A DNA stretch of 64,000 bases, from positions 9,152 to 73,151 of the forward strand of contig NZ_JAQUHV010000012.1 in NCBI RefSeq assembly GCF_028681615.1, given 5' to 3'. The stretch comes from Sulfuricurvum sp. (lineage in GTDB: Bacteria > Campylobacterota > Campylobacteria > Campylobacterales > Sulfurimonadaceae). A model generated the notes under the pieces. That model saw nothing but the letters and a program-made list of their open reading frames with translations, ran no database searches and had not been told where the DNA came from. The position numbers and the translations under genes were made by a program. This document shows positions 9,310 through 18,338 of this stretch, piece after piece; the first letter of the stretch is position 1; each line of letters starts with the position of its first letter.

Positions 9310-11816
9310 CTCCCCATATATTTTTTCGTTCTGCTCGTCGCCTCTGCGGTGCGGGGATCATCCGGCCAATAGTGCTTCGGATAGCGCCCCTTGAGCTCTT
9401 TTTTGACATCTACGTACGAACCGTTCCAAAATCCGACTAAATCCCGCGTGACCTGTATCGGACGGCGTGCCGGAGAGAGCAGATGCACCAGAAGCGGAAT
9501 TTTTCCCTCCATGACGCTCGGATGCTCGCTCAGCCCGAAAACCTCCTGAATCCGTACCGCCAGTATAACCGCTTCGGGATCGGAATAATCGAGTGCGATA
9601 GTGCTTCCGGTAGGGGCGGTGAAATGGGTGGGCAGTAGTGTGTCCAATCGCTTCGTCTGCTCCCACGAAAGCTGTGATGATAGGATCGCGTAGAGATCGA
9701 GGGATTCGCAGTCGCGGAATGAACTTTGGGTAGTGATATGAGGCAATAGCCACATTTCGAGTGATGCTAAGAGTGCTTCGTCGCTGAAATCCCCGAAGGA
9801 ATTCTCCGCTGAGTGATGGTGCAGGGCTTGGAGACGATGGCGCAGCGAGAGTGCGGACGGCGACCAGACCAGAGCTTCTAAGCCGTGGGTGTGTATCGCT
9901 TCCAATAGTCTTTTCCTGACCTTGGCAGGATCGGGATTTTGCAGCGGGCGCGATTCGATGATGATGGCTCCGATGCGGCGTATCTCTCTGGCTTCGACCC
10001 GTTTTGACTCGTTGTTCCACACGATCGCTTCTTCGTTCTCAAAGAGTTCGGGCGTATGCGTTTCCAATAGATCGATATCCAAAGGTGCACACCGATAGAT
10101 GCGTGCCATCGTCGAATTTCCGTCGCTCTCGGTGACCACGAGCCACTCTTCGCCGCTCAGATCATCTTCATGCGGTAAAATCGCCTCTTTACCGTTGCTG
10201 AGGAGGTATTTTTCATCTTTGGCCGTACGCAGGCGGGCGATTCGGTCGGGATAGGTGAGGGCGAGCAGGAGGGCGATCATGGGGGAGGCAAAATCGCTCG
10301 ATAAGCGAAGCGATATCTTGAGCCGACTTGATAGTTCCCGTGCGGTTTTGAGGATCGTTTCGGCACTCTCTCTGAACTCGTGAGGGATCCCTTTGCCGTT
10401 CAGATAATCCGATAAAGCCCAAAAACGTTCTCGCATATCGGCGGACCGGCTGATACTTCGCGAAAAGAGATCGCGTTCGCCCAGCAGTGAGGCAAGGAGG
10501 ATCGCTTCGCTCTCACATCCCAAAGTTCGTCCGATAAGGATCATATGGGCCAAACGGGGATGTATCCCTAGCCCCATCATCGCTTTGCCGTGCGGGGTAA
10601 TAGAGCCTTTGGTATCGGTAGCGCCCAAACTGTGAAGCAATGCGGCGCCGTGTTCGATTGCTTTTGCAGGAGGAGGCGTAATCCATGAGAGATCCGTGTC
10701 ACCCCATGCACTCAGTTCCAAGGAAAGCGGCGTCAGGTCGCAAAGCCGAATTTCGGGTTCTTTGTGGGGGATGAGTGCATGGTGGCTAGCCGCCGTCCAC
10801 AGGCGGTAGCATTTCCCCGCACTCAGCCTCCCCGCTCGGCCGGCACGCTGATCCGCCGAGGCACGTGAGATTTTCTGGGTAATGAGACGTTCCATTCCGC
10901 TGAGGGGATCAAACATGAGCACTTTTTCGAGGCCTGAATCGACGACGATGGTGATTCCCTCGATGGTGAGACTCGTTTCGGCGATGTTGGTTGCGAGGAC
11001 GATTTTGCGGCTCTCAGATGGCGCTATGGCACGTTCTTGGGCCTCTTTGGAGAGTTCGCCGTACAGCGGAGAAATAGTGATCTGCATATTGCGGCAATGC
11101 TCTTTTAATGCCGCTTCTAACATTCTGATTTCGCGTGTTCCGGGTAAAAAGACGAGGATGTTGCCTCTCTCGTTTGCGATAATGTCCGGTAGAAGAGCCA
11201 TCAATGCAGGGACGATCTTTTTCGCCTCAACCGGAGGAGAATTCGGCGGCAAGTGCTCTATGGTAATCGGATAACTGCGCCCTTCGCTGGTAAGCAGCGG
11301 AGGATGGTTCAGCAACGATTGCAGAGCATCGGTATCGAGTGTCGCCGACATCACAACGATTTTCAGATCCTCGCGTAAAAACTCCTGAGTCTGGAGGGCA
11401 AAAGCGAGAGAAAGATCACTCTGCAGGTGGCGCTCATGGAACTCATCGAAGAGAATGAGGGCGACGTTTTCGAGGGAAGGATCGCGTTGGAGCATTCGGG
11501 TTAAAATCCCCTCGGTAACGACGAGGATTTTGGTCTGTTTACTGCTCTTTTTGTCGGCTCGGATGTGGTATCCGACCCGCATCCCGACCTTTTCGCCTAA
11601 GAGCTGTGCCATCCGTGCGGCGGAACTTCGTGCGGCAATACGGCGCGGTTCGAGCATGATGATCTGTTTACCCTCCAGCCACGGCTCATCCATGAGAGCG
11701 AGGGGGACGACGGTTGTTTTTCCCGCACCGGGTGGGGCTTGGAGGATGAGGCGGTTGTTGCATTTGAGGAGCGATTTGAGCTCCTCAATGACGTCGTGAA
11801 TCGGGAGTGTAGCCAT
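9306..11816 (-). CDS. hrpB: ATP-dependent DEAH-box helicase HrpB
   Basis: 836 aa with Walker A QAPPGAGKTT and DEFHERH (DEAH box). Length and C-terminal domain are typical of HrpB. Confidence 0.85.
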   Translation of the reverse strand: MATLPIHDVIEELKSLLKCNNRLILQAPPGAGKTTVVPLALMDEPWLEGKQIIMLEPRRIAARSSAARMAQLLGEKVGMRVGYHIRADKKSSKQTKILVVTEGILTRMLQRDPSLENVALILFDEFHERHLQSDLSLAFALQTQEFLREDLKIVVMSATLDTDALQSLLNHPPLLTSEGRSYPITIEHLPPNSPPVEAKKIVPALMALLPDIIANERGNILVFLPGTREIRMLEAALKEHCRNMQITISPLYGELSKEAQERAIAPSESRKIVLATNIAETSLTIEGITIVVDSGLEKVLMFDPLSGMERLITQKISRASADQRAGRAGRLSAGKCYRLWTAASHHALIPHKEPEIRLCDLTPLSLELSAWGDTDLSWITPPPAKAIEHGAALLHSLGATDTKGSITPHGKAMMGLGIHPRLAHMILIGRTLGCESEAILLASLLGERDLFSRSISRSADMRERFWALSDYLNGKGIPHEFRESAETILKTARELSSRLKISLRLSSDFASPMIALLLALTYPDRIARLRTAKDEKYLLSNGKEAILPHEDDLSGEEWLVVTESDGNSTMARIYRCAPLDIDLLETHTPELFENEEAIVWNNESKRVEAREIRRIGAIIIESRPLQNPDPAKVRKRLLEAIHTHGLEALVWSPSALSLRHRLQALHHHSAENSFGDFSDEALLASLEMWLLPHITTQSSFRDCESLDLYAILSSQLSWEQTKRLDTLLPTHFTAPTGSTIALDYSDPEAVILAVRIQEVFGLSEHPSVMEGKIPLLVHLLSPARRPIQVTRDLVGFWNGSYVDVKKELKGRYPKHYWPDDPRTAEATSRTKKYMGS

Positions 11817-13471
11817 TAAAAGGGGAGTTTAAACCGTCGCGCTTCGACACCGTGAATGACGTAGTAGAGTTCATAATAATGGTTGACTATGGTTTCGAAC
11901 TGCTCCAAACTCGGTCGGGTCGTAGCAAACAGCAATCGGTCGTTCGGTTGCAGAAGCGTATCTGCTTTCGGTAAAAGGATAAACTCTCCACTCGGACGTT
12001 CAAGCCCTAAAATGACGATTTCCAAATCTTTATCATCGCGGTAGGGGTTATTGATTAATTGGCCCAGCCTTACCGGAAACTCGCGTAAATAGCGGCTTAA
12101 TGCATACATATGGAGTTCATCGATCTCCATTTCAATCAGAGCCGGACGTTTGTTGACCCTGCTGGTGATAAGCATCAGAGTATCGACAAAGACCTCTTGA
12201 TTCTGTTCCGCAATCGCATCGATAAATTTGAATGTCATCGGACGGTCGATGTAGTTGTATCCGTCCAGCGCGGCGATTTGATCGAGGATAAAGATTTTAT
12301 CGACTTTGAGATTGCTAAAGAGGCTCCGTTCTTCGAGCTCATTTTCACGGACGATGGCAAAAATCTTAGGGTTCAGAGCCCGTGCGGTTGCAATGATAGA
12401 GAGGTTGATCGCATCGTCATTGGTTCCGGCGATGATACAGGCGGAGTCCATAATCCCAGCCTGAATGAAAAAATCCTGATCCGAGGAAACTTTTTCATTC
12501 GTCTCTTTGTTGATATCGAGATAGGTGTATTCGATATGATTATTGTCCAGCGTTTTTTGGAGGGTTTTCCCGAAACGCCCTTTACTGCACACGATGTACT
12601 TTCCGACGGGGAGAATATCGCTTTTGCTGACGTGGAGATTTCCCCCCTGTACCCAGCTGAGTAGATTAAACAAATAGGGGGAGAGGAAGGCAAAATCGAT
12701 ACGTCTGGCAATGATCGAAAACGCATCGATAACATGATCGACACCGATATTCGCTAAATTTTCGCCCCCTTGTTTAATCCCTGAACGGGCGATAATACGA
12801 AGTTTTTTATTCAAAATACGGGCACGAACCGAGATTTTGAGATTAAGCTGATCGTCATCGAAGAGGGTAACGAGAAATTTACAATGAGGAGATTCGATTC
12901 CCGAGGATTTCAGCACATCCGTCATGGATGCATCGGCAACAATCGCCGGGATAGAGGGGAGATACATTTCACTTTGCAGCGCTTCGATTTTCTCTATATT
13001 TTTGTCGATGACGATGATACGGTAGAGATTGTCTTTGTTGAGTCTGTCAATCAGCAATTTCCCTGCATCGGTATACCCGCAGACAATAATAAAGTCCTGT
13101 CCGATATGACGGACTTTGCGCCGAAACGTATTCATCTTTATCGCACTGGTAAAGGTTTTTTCCTGAAGCAATGCGATAATGGAACCCAACGCGTAAATCC
13201 AAGCCGGAACGGTTGCGTAAATAGTGAGAAAAACAACGATACGCTGGGCATAACTGAATGCGTAGGGGATTTCCCCGAATCCGATCGTCGTCGCCGTATA
13301 GGCAACCACATACATTGCATCAAAAAAACTGAGATGCGTAGGCTGCCCGTTATCGCCCGTTCCCGGAACGAGTGTGAGGAGGATAACAGGGATAGCATGG
13401 GCAAGATTGAGGACGATGAGGGGAACCCTCATCTTCCGTAAAAAAAGCCAAATGGTCGATTCGTTGCTCAT
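11816..13471 (-). CDS. potassium channel protein with tandem RCK/TrkA-N domains
   Basis: 551 aa. N-terminal 2-TM pore module with a selectivity-filter-like TTIGFGE, followed by two Rossmann-like RCK segments (IIVCGYTDAGK, IIAGTNDDAINL). Confidence 0.7.
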   Translation of the reverse strand: MSNESTIWLFLRKMRVPLIVLNLAHAIPVILLTLVPGTGDNGQPTHLSFFDAMYVVAYTATTIGFGEIPYAFSYAQRIVVFLTIYATVPAWIYALGSIIALLQEKTFTSAIKMNTFRRKVRHIGQDFIIVCGYTDAGKLLIDRLNKDNLYRIIVIDKNIEKIEALQSEMYLPSIPAIVADASMTDVLKSSGIESPHCKFLVTLFDDDQLNLKISVRARILNKKLRIIARSGIKQGGENLANIGVDHVIDAFSIIARRIDFAFLSPYLFNLLSWVQGGNLHVSKSDILPVGKYIVCSKGRFGKTLQKTLDNNHIEYTYLDINKETNEKVSSDQDFFIQAGIMDSACIIAGTNDDAINLSIIATARALNPKIFAIVRENELEERSLFSNLKVDKIFILDQIAALDGYNYIDRPMTFKFIDAIAEQNQEVFVDTLMLITSRVNKRPALIEMEIDELHMYALSRYLREFPVRLGQLINNPYRDDKDLEIVILGLERPSGEFILLPKADTLLQPNDRLLFATTRPSLEQFETIVNHYYELYYVIHGVEARRFKLPF

Positions 13472-13482
13472 TAATTGCCGTA

Positions 13483-13860
13483 TCAGCGTTTAAGCAGCAG
13501 GGTTTCACCGACGAAGAGGGTGACGGAAATGACATTGGCAACCAATGCACCAACGGCTAGAGAAACGACAATGGTAAAGAGTTCAGGAGTCATTACGCTT
13601 GTCATGTTGACGATTCCCCAAAACGAGGCGGCCGTGATGAGCTGCAGATCGGCAACAAAGCTGGTAGCAAGGAGGACGGAACCGGTTTGGGTTTTGTCAC
13701 CCAATTTCATGATCGTGGCAATAATATTGACGGTGATCGCCGCAACCAGCTCATATACGCTGTGATACGCTATAACGTCAAAATCACCATACACAAACCC
13801 GAAATTCAGGGTCAGGGCAAGGATGATAAAAAAACCGGAAATTACTTTTTCGGAATTCAT
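13483..13860 (-). CDS. small integral membrane protein, function unknown
   Basis: 125 aa, about four hydrophobic segments, 11-nt gap to the K+ channel gene downstream on the same strand. Confidence 0.5.
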   Translation of the reverse strand: MNSEKVISGFFIILALTLNFGFVYGDFDVIAYHSVYELVAAITVNIIATIMKLGDKTQTGSVLLATSFVADLQLITAASFWGIVNMTSVMTPELFTIVVSLAVGALVANVISVTLFVGETLLLKR

Positions 13861-13891
13861 AATACCTCTTTCTTTTTATTGTACATAATTT

Positions 13892-15100
13892 TTACTTTAA
13901 CCCTTGCTGAGTGTAGACATTACGGGGATTCCATAAAATCCATCCGCAGCTTCCGAATGCCTCGCTGGCAGCGATTTGTTCACGGATCTCTTTTTCTCCG
14001 TAAATGCGTCGGTCAAATGCGTAATCCCGAAACGCCTGAAGCCATGGACGATAGGCTTTTGATGAAGTACATGACTTTTTGAGAGCCTGATCCAGTGATT
14101 GTTTGACGATTTGGTAGTTTGCCGCTACCGGATTCGGATACCCCGGGATTCCCATATGAAACCCGCTCGGATAGAGCATCGGGGAGAGATAATCGACATA
14201 CGGTGCGAGAGCATCGACCCGTTGACCGATATCGATATCAGCGTCATTCCAGCTCACATAACCGAAAATATCGGCGGATAAAAAGACGTTATACGGAAGA
14301 AGAGTACGGCGTGCCTCTTCCAAAAATCCTGAAATGGCTTTGACCCGTTCCGCCTGAGTATTTTCAACAGCGAATTTTATCCCTTTGCGGTCAGGGAAAC
14401 GGACGTAGTCGAATTGGATCTCGTCAAAGCCGGCCGCTGCCGCTTCTTCGGCAATGGAGAGGATGTATTTACGAGGCTCTTTACGGGATGCATCGATCCA
14501 ATAAAGCCCCTCTTTGTCTTTGAAAAGCCCTCCCTCACTGGTGTGAACCCCGTATTGAGGATTGGCGGTGACGTATGGGGTGTCTTTAAACGAGACGATG
14601 CGGGCGATGACGTATACCCCTTCTTTGTGCAAATCGGCGACAAATTTTTTCATGTCTTTGAACAAGATAAGATCCTGTGCTCCGATTTTGTTTGCCATGG
14701 GATTGTCGGTTTTGAAAGCGACTTGTCCACGATCCATTTTTACATCGATAACAAAGGCATTGATCTCTGTCGTTTGGAGGAGATTTTTGGCATTGCCCAT
14801 GATTTTAGAGCTTGTAGCTCCGAAACTGGAGAGATAAAGGGCTTTCGGGGTGAACGGGTTTAGATACATTTTACCGCCGCTTTTATAAAACTTGCGGTCG
14901 TATCCGATAGCACGTACCCCTATAATGCCTGTTGAAGGGACGATAAAAGAACCGTTACAGTCGGTACGGTACTCTTTGTTATCCGCGATAACGATAGCAT
15001 CCGCAATCGGTTTGGATGTCGATTTGTCGTAAACTGTTCCGCTGACAAGCGCCCCCCATGATAATGTAAAAAAACCTACTAAAAGCGCCAATGCTTTCAC
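13892..15100 (-). CDS. secreted putative glycoside hydrolase (DUF4015/GHL-type TIM barrel) with an N-terminal carboxypeptidase-regulatory-like domain
   Basis: 402 aa with a signal peptide. It carries an EIQFDYVRFPD motif that I associate with the DUF4015 putative glycosyl hydrolase family. Confidence 0.5.
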   Translation of the reverse strand: MKALALLVGFFTLSWGALVSGTVYDKSTSKPIADAIVIADNKEYRTDCNGSFIVPSTGIIGVRAIGYDRKFYKSGGKMYLNPFTPKALYLSSFGATSSKIMGNAKNLLQTTEINAFVIDVKMDRGQVAFKTDNPMANKIGAQDLILFKDMKKFVADLHKEGVYVIARIVSFKDTPYVTANPQYGVHTSEGGLFKDKEGLYWIDASRKEPRKYILSIAEEAAAAGFDEIQFDYVRFPDRKGIKFAVENTQAERVKAISGFLEEARRTLLPYNVFLSADIFGYVSWNDADIDIGQRVDALAPYVDYLSPMLYPSGFHMGIPGYPNPVAANYQIVKQSLDQALKKSCTSSKAYRPWLQAFRDYAFDRRIYGEKEIREQIAASEAFGSCGWILWNPRNVYTQQGLK

Positions 15101-15218
15101 TCATACTCTCCCAAAAATTCAATTGCCGTATCCTAGCAAAAAAAATGCCAGAAATGGGAGGTTTGAAGCGATAAAATGTTAATATATATTAATAACATAC
15201 CAAAAAGGTACTTACCAT

Positions 15219-16595
15219 ATGTCATTTACGACTTTAGGGCTTAGCCCGCACCTCCTCGATACTCTTGAAGCAAAAGGGTACAGTGAGCCGACTCCGATTC
15301 AATCACAGGTTATTCCGCTCGTATTGCGCGGACGGGACATCCTCGGAGCCGCCCAAACCGGTACGGGTAAAACCGCCGCATTTGCCCTGCCGATCATCCA
15401 TAAACTCATCAGTGCAGGCGGTGCCAAACAAGCCAGTGCCAGAGCGTTGATCATCGTTCCGACACGTGAGCTTGCATCGCAGGTAGCCGAAGCGATCCGC
15501 TCGTACGCAGAGGGGCTTGAACTCACTACTATCTCCCTGTACGGGGGAGCCAATATGGCACGTCAGGCAAAAGAGCTGGGAGAAGGGGTCGATATCATCG
15601 TCGCGACTCCGGGGCGACTGATCGAGCTGAACAAACAGGGGCATGTCCCGTTGTCCCGCATCGAGTATCTGGTGTTTGACGAAGCCGATACGATCTTCGA
15701 TATGGGATTCATTCGTGAAGTGGGGCAGATCATCGATCTGCTCCCGCTTAAACGTCAAAATATGCTCTTTTCGGCAACCATGACGGGCGCGGTCAAACAG
15801 CTGAGCGAAAAGATTCTCAACAAACCTCTGTTGGTTGAGATCGATAACCTCAAAGCCGCCGATATGACACTGCGCCAAGTGGTCCATCCGGTCGAAAAAG
15901 AGCGTAAAAAAGAGCTGTTGTCGTACCTGATCGGTTCGAACAACTATCCGCAAGTCCTCGTATTTACCCGAACCAAAGCCGAAGCCGATGAAGTGAGTGC
16001 CGATCTCACCGCCAGCGGTCTGAAAAACGTTGTTATCCACGGCGATAAAAAACACGGAGCCAGAGATCGGGCACTCAACGAGTTTAGAGAAGGCAATACC
16101 CGTATCCTCGTCGCGACCGATATCGCCGCACGCGGGCTGGATATCGAGGGTCTGGACGTCGTTATTAACTACGACATCCCCCATGTCAGCACCGACTACC
16201 TCCATCGTATCGGACGTACGGGACGTGCGGGAAATGACGGATTGGCGATCACGCTTCTCTCATCCGCAGAGCATATCTCATGGTCAAAAATCATCACGAT
16301 GCTCGGGAAAAATGTCGAGACGATCTTGGTTCCCGGATTCGAACCGCCCGCCGATAATGCGCTGGTAAAAACACGCGGTAAGAGTCTCACCAAAGAGGCC
16401 GAGAAAAAGGGCAAAACAGCAGGTGCATTCGGAAACAAACGGAAAAAAGAGCCGGTACAGTCAAAGTTTGTCACGAAACGGGGACTGCGTGTAGCACGTG
16501 ACGACCTAGCCGGTAAAAGTAATTCCGGCAGAGACAGCGCCTTCGGCAACACCAAAAAACCTTCACCGAAAAAATCGGGCGGACGGGGGAGATAA
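15219..16595 (+). CDS. rhlE: DEAD-box ATP-dependent RNA helicase (RhlE-like) with a basic C-terminal tail
   Basis: Q-motif, AQTGTGKT, DEAD (VFDEADTIFD), SAT, HRIGRTGRAG, and a Lys/Arg/Gly-rich tail. Confidence 0.9.
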   Translation: MSFTTLGLSPHLLDTLEAKGYSEPTPIQSQVIPLVLRGRDILGAAQTGTGKTAAFALPIIHKLISAGGAKQASARALIIVPTRELASQVAEAIRSYAEGLELTTISLYGGANMARQAKELGEGVDIIVATPGRLIELNKQGHVPLSRIEYLVFDEADTIFDMGFIREVGQIIDLLPLKRQNMLFSATMTGAVKQLSEKILNKPLLVEIDNLKAADMTLRQVVHPVEKERKKELLSYLIGSNNYPQVLVFTRTKAEADEVSADLTASGLKNVVIHGDKKHGARDRALNEFREGNTRILVATDIAARGLDIEGLDVVINYDIPHVSTDYLHRIGRTGRAGNDGLAITLLSSAEHISWSKIITMLGKNVETILVPGFEPPADNALVKTRGKSLTKEAEKKGKTAGAFGNKRKKEPVQSKFVTKRGLRVARDDLAGKSNSGRDSAFGNTKKPSPKKSGGRGR

Positions 16596-16648
16596 TAGAT
16601 CGAGTAGATTATGTTACAATCACTCTATTTAAAATCAAAAGGACACGG

Positions 16649-16939
16649 ATGCAAAAAGATCAAGCGCTTGATATTCTAAAGCAGTTTAAAAACGATTTTG
16701 CCGATCATTTTGGGATCATCCGTATAGGGCTTTTTGGTTCAACCGTCCGTAATGAAGCAAAATCAAACAGTGATATAGATGTCGTAGTAGAAACTAAAAC
16801 ACCGGATATGTTTGCCATCGTTCATGCTAAAAACGTTCTAGAAAAGCTTTTTCATACCAATGTTGATGTAATCCGTTATCGTGAAAAAATGAATCCCTAC
16901 CTCAAACAAAATATTGAGAATGAGGCTGTTTTTGTCTAA
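16649..16939 (+). CDS. mntA: nucleotidyltransferase-domain antitoxin MntA (type VII TA)
   Basis: 96 aa with the minimal NTase motif GLFGSTVRNEAKSNSDIDVVVE. Overlaps the downstream HEPN gene. Confidence 0.8.
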   Translation: MQKDQALDILKQFKNDFADHFGIIRIGLFGSTVRNEAKSNSDIDVVVETKTPDMFAIVHAKNVLEKLFHTNVDVIRYREKMNPYLKQNIENEAVFV

Positions 16940-17318
16940 CCAAGTCCTCATCATCCTCGAACAAATCAATGAGGCACTTAAAACGGTTACTACACGCTTT
17001 GAACCTGTAATAAATAGCAACTATTTTACCGACTCCCCTGAAGGGAAAGAGAAACTTGACGGTATTTGTATGCAACTCATCGCTATTGGTGAAAGTCTCA
17101 AAAAAATTGATAAGCTCACTGATAAAAAATTACTGCAAGAATATTCTGAAATAGACTGGATCGGGGCAAAAGGGGTGAGAGATATTATTTCCCATCACTA
17201 TTTTGACATTGATGCCGATGAGATATATTGGATATGTGATCAGCAGATCATACCCATGCAGTTAACGGTAGAAAAAATAATTAGTGATATAAATGCTGCA
17301 GATTTCCCACACCGTTAG
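16914..17318 (+). CDS. hepT: HEPN-domain (DUF86) RNase toxin HepT
   Basis: 134 aa with the Rx4H HEPN motif in [12 protein letters not shown]. Classic NTase-HEPN overlapping gene pair. The start could be ATG 16914 or 16920. Confidence 0.75.
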   Translation: MRMRLFLSNQVLIILEQINEALKTVTTRFEPVINSNYFTDSPEGKEKLDGICMQLIAIGESLKKIDKLTDKKLLQEYSEIDWIGAKGVRDIISHHYFDIDADEIYWICDQQIIPMQLTVEKIISDINAADFPHR

Positions 17319-17715
17319 TATCCCCGACTCCGAGATCGAGATAACCGCTATCCGCTCTCAGGGAGCAGGGGGACAAAATGTCAACAAAGTCTCCACCGCC
17401 ATCCATCTACGATTCGATATCAACGCCTCAACGCTTCCTGATTTCTACAAAGAACGCCTCCTGGAGATTACCGATCACCGTATCACCAAAGACGGGATCA
17501 TCAACATCAAATCCCAAGAATCGAGAAGTCAGGAAGAGAACAAAGAAGCGGCATTGGAACGGCTCAAAGAGCTGATCAAAAGCGTCACTGTCGTTCAGAA
17601 GAAACGAAGAGCGACCAAGCCGACGAAGAACTCTCAAAAACGGCGGATGGACAGCAAGACAAAGCACGGGAATATCAAGAAGATGCGGGGTAAAGTAGAT
17701 AAAGGTGAAGGATGA
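17293..17715 (+). CDS. arfB: alternative ribosome-rescue factor ArfB (peptidyl-tRNA hydrolase, YaeJ family)
   Basis: 140 aa with the GGQ motif ([22 protein letters not shown]) and a Lys/Arg-rich C-terminal tail. Its first 26 nt overlap the 3' end of hepT. Confidence 0.85.
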   Translation: MLQISHTVSIPDSEIEITAIRSQGAGGQNVNKVSTAIHLRFDINASTLPDFYKERLLEITDHRITKDGIINIKSQESRSQEENKEAALERLKELIKSVTVVQKKRRATKPTKNSQKRRMDSKTKHGNIKKMRGKVDKGEG

Positions 17716-17741
17716 TTATAAAGAGGTTTTAGCGTATTAAA

Positions 17742-17765
17742 ATTCCCAACAAACATGTTGGGAAT
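17742..17765 (-). terminator. hairpin between convergent arfB and slyD; likely intrinsic terminator for slyD
   Basis: ATTCCCAAC-aaacat-GTTGGGAAT (9-bp stem). On the minus strand it is followed by TTTTAAT. Confidence 0.45.
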
Positions 17766-17778
17766 AGAGACCTGAATT

Positions 17779-18246
17779 TTAGTCATCGCTATTGAGAATC
17801 TCTTCGATTTCTTCTGCCGTTGCTGATTCTATATCCAAGATTTTTCCTTCGAAAACGAGATCTATACCCGCGAGTGGATGATTTCCATCGAGTGTGGCAC
17901 GATCACCTTCTATATCAGTGACCGTATAGATAATGACATCTTCGCCATCTTCATCGAGATAGCCGTCGACTTCCATGCCGATAGTTACCTCTGCGGGGAG
18001 TTCGCTGAGTGCTTCCGTGACAACCAACTCAGGATCATATTCACCGAATGCTTTGTCGGATGAGAGTTTGACGGTGAAGGTATCATCGACTTCTTTCCCT
18101 TCCAATGCCTCTTCGATGGCCTTAAAAATCTGACCGTAATCACCATGGAGATAAACAATCGGTTCATCTTCCTCGTGAAGGAGGTTACCCTCTGTGTCGA
18201 AAATCTGATAATCGACAGTGACAATAGAATTTTTAGTGACAGGCAT
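17779..18246 (-). CDS. slyD: FKBP-type peptidyl-prolyl isomerase SlyD (acidic C-terminus)
   Basis: Start chosen at MPVTKNSIVTVDY (GGAG 7 nt upstream). FKBP plus IF-domain layout. Paralogous to 30442-30915. Confidence 0.8.
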   Translation of the reverse strand: MPVTKNSIVTVDYQIFDTEGNLLHEEDEPIVYLHGDYGQIFKAIEEALEGKEVDDTFTVKLSSDKAFGEYDPELVVTEALSELPAEVTIGMEVDGYLDEDGEDVIIYTVTDIEGDRATLDGNHPLAGIDLVFEGKILDIESATAEEIEEILNSDD

Positions 18247-18338
18247 AGGGACTCCAATGGTGTAAGATTTGGATAATTCACTCTGCATTATAGATAGAAA
18301 TGGATACGATGCTTGTATCGAAACGGTAATATTGAGAG

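Noticed and set aside
15303-16205. 300-aa ORF on the minus strand
   Set aside because: It lies entirely antisense to the DEAD-box helicase gene, which has all canonical motifs. The translation is low-complexity with no recognisable motif or SD. It is a typical shadow ORF.
16328-16345. tRNA T-arm-like string GGTTCCCGGATTCGAACC
   Set aside because: It lies inside the helicase coding frame. There is no acceptor or anticodon stem context around it.
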